This document shows, one piece after another, positions 60,770 to 64,000 of a stretch of DNA of 64,000 nt. A program made the position numbers and the translations under genes. The DNA comes from the human T2T-CHM13v2.0 reference genome, Homo sapiens: NCBI RefSeq assembly GCF_009914755.1, contig NC_060931.1; one strand, 5' to 3'. Within the stretch, counting starts at the first letter, position 1; every line of letters begins with the position of its first letter. A model generated the notes under the pieces. That model saw only the letters and a program-made list of their open reading frames with translations. It was not told where the DNA came from and made no database searches.

Positions 60770-61994
60770 CTTTAAATAATTGTCAGGTTCAGGGGAACCT
60801 ACTTTTAAAAAAAATATGGATTAAAAATAACATATTCCTAAGTCAGAACATTTAAAATGTGTATGAAATTGAAGTGAGGAATTAGGTACTAATCTTCTGA
60901 GTAGCTTGAAGAAGCCATGGTTTTCTTTACTATAACTGAAATTACACACAATCACTAATAACCATTTACATTTAAATAAATAATGCATATTTAAATTTTT
61001 CCTCATTTACTCAGTTTTAAAATGTAGTGCTTATCCATTTTATAGAAAGAGAAATGCATACAGAAATAATTCAACTATATGACCTTAACTATATGTCTCA
61101 ACAAGAATGAATTTCTCCACTTAGGGATGTTACTCAGTATTAAAATTTTTGTAGTTATTATGGAGGTTCATAAATTCAAGTATGTGGAATTGCAGAAATT
61201 GAGTCTTCATAAACCAGGGTATAGTGGTGATTTGGCTATAATTTTAACAGTTTTGTCCTCTGCTATTACAGAAAAAAATGATTTATACACCCTTCATAGA
61301 AGGAAGATTTAGGCTTGTATTTCAGATTAAAACTATATGTGGAAATATATATAGCCACTGAATTTAAATGAAGATAGAAGACCTTTGGAACTGCTAAACT
61401 TAACTTCTGTTGATGAAATTACATTATCCACATAAATGAATCATTTTATTTTCTCCTAATTCAGAGAGTGAAGAGTCTCTGTTTTCCTTCTAAGAATTTA
61501 CCCCTTAAATTTTGCCTGTGATTATATTCTCTCCCACATGTTCTTTATTTTGCTTCATCAACTAGTTGCACATTTCTTCTTTATAGCTACTTCCTTTCAA
61601 CCTATAAACATGACCAAGTCACCTTTTTACTAAAAAGAAAACAAAACAAAATTTATTTCTACTCTTGTCTACCTTTGTGGATCTCTCTCTTTGTCATTGG
61701 AATATTTTGGTAGAGTACACTAAACTAGCAGTTTCTGGTTCAACAGAGCACCATTCATCACTTAACCTGTTATTAGATGAATCGTGCCTTAACATCCCAC
61801 TTCACACATTATCCCTGGAAACTTGGTCCTCGTTTTATGCATTGTTCAAAGAATATTGTTTAATATATCTTATCCAATTCCTTTTTTCCTGGTTTTATTA
61901 CACCACACCCTCCTAATTTCACTGTTTCTACTTATTTAAGCCATACAGCTCTGGAGGTACTAACTAGTTTGTATTTTGTGCCATTTACTTAACT

Positions 61995-62595
61995 TTAGTA
62001 AATTAGCACAACCTTTATGAAAAACAATATAGAGATTTCTCAAAGAACTAAAAATAGGATTACCATTCAATCTGGCAACCCCACTACTAGGAATATACCT
62101 AAAGGGAAAGAACTCATTATATCAAAATGATACCTCCATTCATATGTTTATCACAGCATTATTCACAGCAATAAAGATATGGAATCAACCTGAATGTCTG
62201 TCAATGGATGATTGGATAAAGAAAACGTGGCATATATGTGCTATGGAATACTACTCAGCCATTAAAAACAAATGAAATAATGTCTTTCATAGCAACATGG
62301 ATGGAACTGGAGGACATTATCATGAGTGAAATAACTCAAACGAAAGTCAAATACTGCACTCTCACTTATAAATGGAAGCTAAACAGTGAGTACAATTGGA
62401 TATATGGAGTGGAATACTAGATGCTGGAGGCTCCAAAAGGTGGGAGGGTGAGAGGTAGATGAGGATCGAAAAATTACCTATTGGGTATAATGCTCACTAT
62501 TTGGGTGATGGGTACACTAAAAGGCCAGAGTCACCACTATGCAATGTAATAAATATGCACCTGTAACCCCCAAATTTGTAAAAGTAATTTAAAAA
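61995..62595 (+). mobile_element. L1PB (L1PB3/4-like) 3' fragment
   Basis: GATATGGAATCAACCT, ATGGATGGAACTGGAGG, CACTATTTGGGTGATGGGTACACTAAAAG 3' UTR motifs. Confidence 0.8.
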
Positions 62596-62849
62596 CTACT
62601 AGCTACCTCAGAGAAGTTTTGTTAGTTCTAAATAAGTTACTACATATAAAGCACTTAGAATAGCATGGCATATAGTAAGCACTAAATGAATGCTAACTAT
62701 AATTACAACTTATTTTCTACTTTTACTTTCTCTTTTTTAGTTTGTCTTCTAACTTTTCCTTAAATATGTGTTTTCCCCTTGCTTTTGGAGTTAGTTCACT
62801 TTGCTTTTTATTTCATCACTCTCTAAGGTAAGCTATACTAGAGGAGGCA

Positions 62850-63070
62850 TCACTGCATTGTGTCTAAGGGCCCCAAATTAAAACCAGACTGTCTGGGCTC
62901 AAATGCAAACTGACTTCACAAGCTGTGTAATCTTATGCAAGTAACTCAGTCTCTCTGTGCTTCAATTTTTTAAATCTGTAAAGTAGAAACAATAAAAATA
63001 TCTCCTTCATGGGACTGTTGCAAGGATTAAAAATATTAATCATGCTTGGTACACAGTAAGTCATATTTAA
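62850..63070 (+). mobile_element. MIR SINE (followed by L2 remnants to ~63990)
   Basis: CCAGACTGTCTGGGCTCAAAT…GCAAGTAACT…CTCTCTGTGCTTCAATT…ATCTGTAAAGT…GGATTAAA. Confidence 0.7.
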
Positions 63071-64000
63071 GTACCGATTGGTGCTATATTCTTCTTACTT
63101 TTATTAATTCCCCTGAAATTGATACTACATTTTTTTCTGATGTCTCTCCAACATCTCTTGCCATGCCAAATCTTCCATTGGGTTTTATATTCCTGAACAC
63201 TGATACACAGCAGGACAGCTCCACCTGAATGATTTATAAGAGCTTCCAATTCAACACAGCCAAAAGTTAACTCAACAACTTTCTCCCAAACGTGCTTCTT
63301 CTCCTGTATTATTGGAATCATGTTACTGTGCCATTAGCCACACAGACACTCAAACAATAAACATGTGAATATTTTGTGATTGCTTCTCTTTTTTCTCAAA
63401 TATGAAATCCACTTAATATTATCTCATAAAAATTGAAACCTGTCTTCTCCCTTTCTACTAATACTGTTTAGTTCATGTGGCACAAAATTTTTTCAATAAC
63501 TATTGAAATATCATCCTAAATGTTCTTGACATTCTGTTTATCTCCTAAGTCTGTGTGCCAGTTTCTAGAATAATTTGTGTACACAGTCAAGCTAAGTTGT
63601 TCTCATTGGCTTAGAGACAAACTGAAATGGATTCCTTGATCTGTCTACTCATTTTTGCATCCTCATTTCTAGCCATGATTTACATGTACCATATTGTTTT
63701 TCATCTTGTAACATAAGCTAACATTATTCTCTCTACTAATTACCCTCTACTCATCCTTTAAGATGTGGCTCAAATGTCATCTCTGCCATGAATCGTTTCC
63801 CAGTTGGTTATTATGCCACCACCCTACCCAATCTCTTGGTTGAGACAATTTTCTTTTTCCTTGGTTTCAACAGAATCTTTAAGGAACACATATAATTATC
63901 TGTTTGCACTCTTGTCTTTATTACAAGGCTGTAAACTTCACAAGAGCTAAGATGTATTTATTCATGGCCTATTAAAGTAGGCTCCGAGTAGATATTTACT

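Overview
Human, AT-rich, repeat-dense genomic DNA. The AluYb8 copies mark it as human. The only protein-coding sequence is the terminal coding exon of SEMA3E (semaphorin 3E; chr7q21 from recall) on the minus strand at 50791-51243. It is followed by an inferred ~4.3 kb 3' UTR ending near 46450 and preceded by >12 kb of the last intron (51244-64000). The rest (1-46400) is intergenic, with a full-length but dead L1PA7-type LINE (24522-30950), older L1M fragments, Alus, MaLR/ERVL LTRs and hAT/Tigger DNA-transposon fossils. The most notable observation is two essentially consensus, human-specific AluYb8 insertions, same orientation, 287/288 identical and 46.4 kb apart, one apparently inside the SEMA3E 3' UTR. 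I found no evidence of a novel gene or biological system. Repeat subfamily calls come from recalled consensus motifs, not a RepeatMasker run, so boundaries of old elements are approximate.
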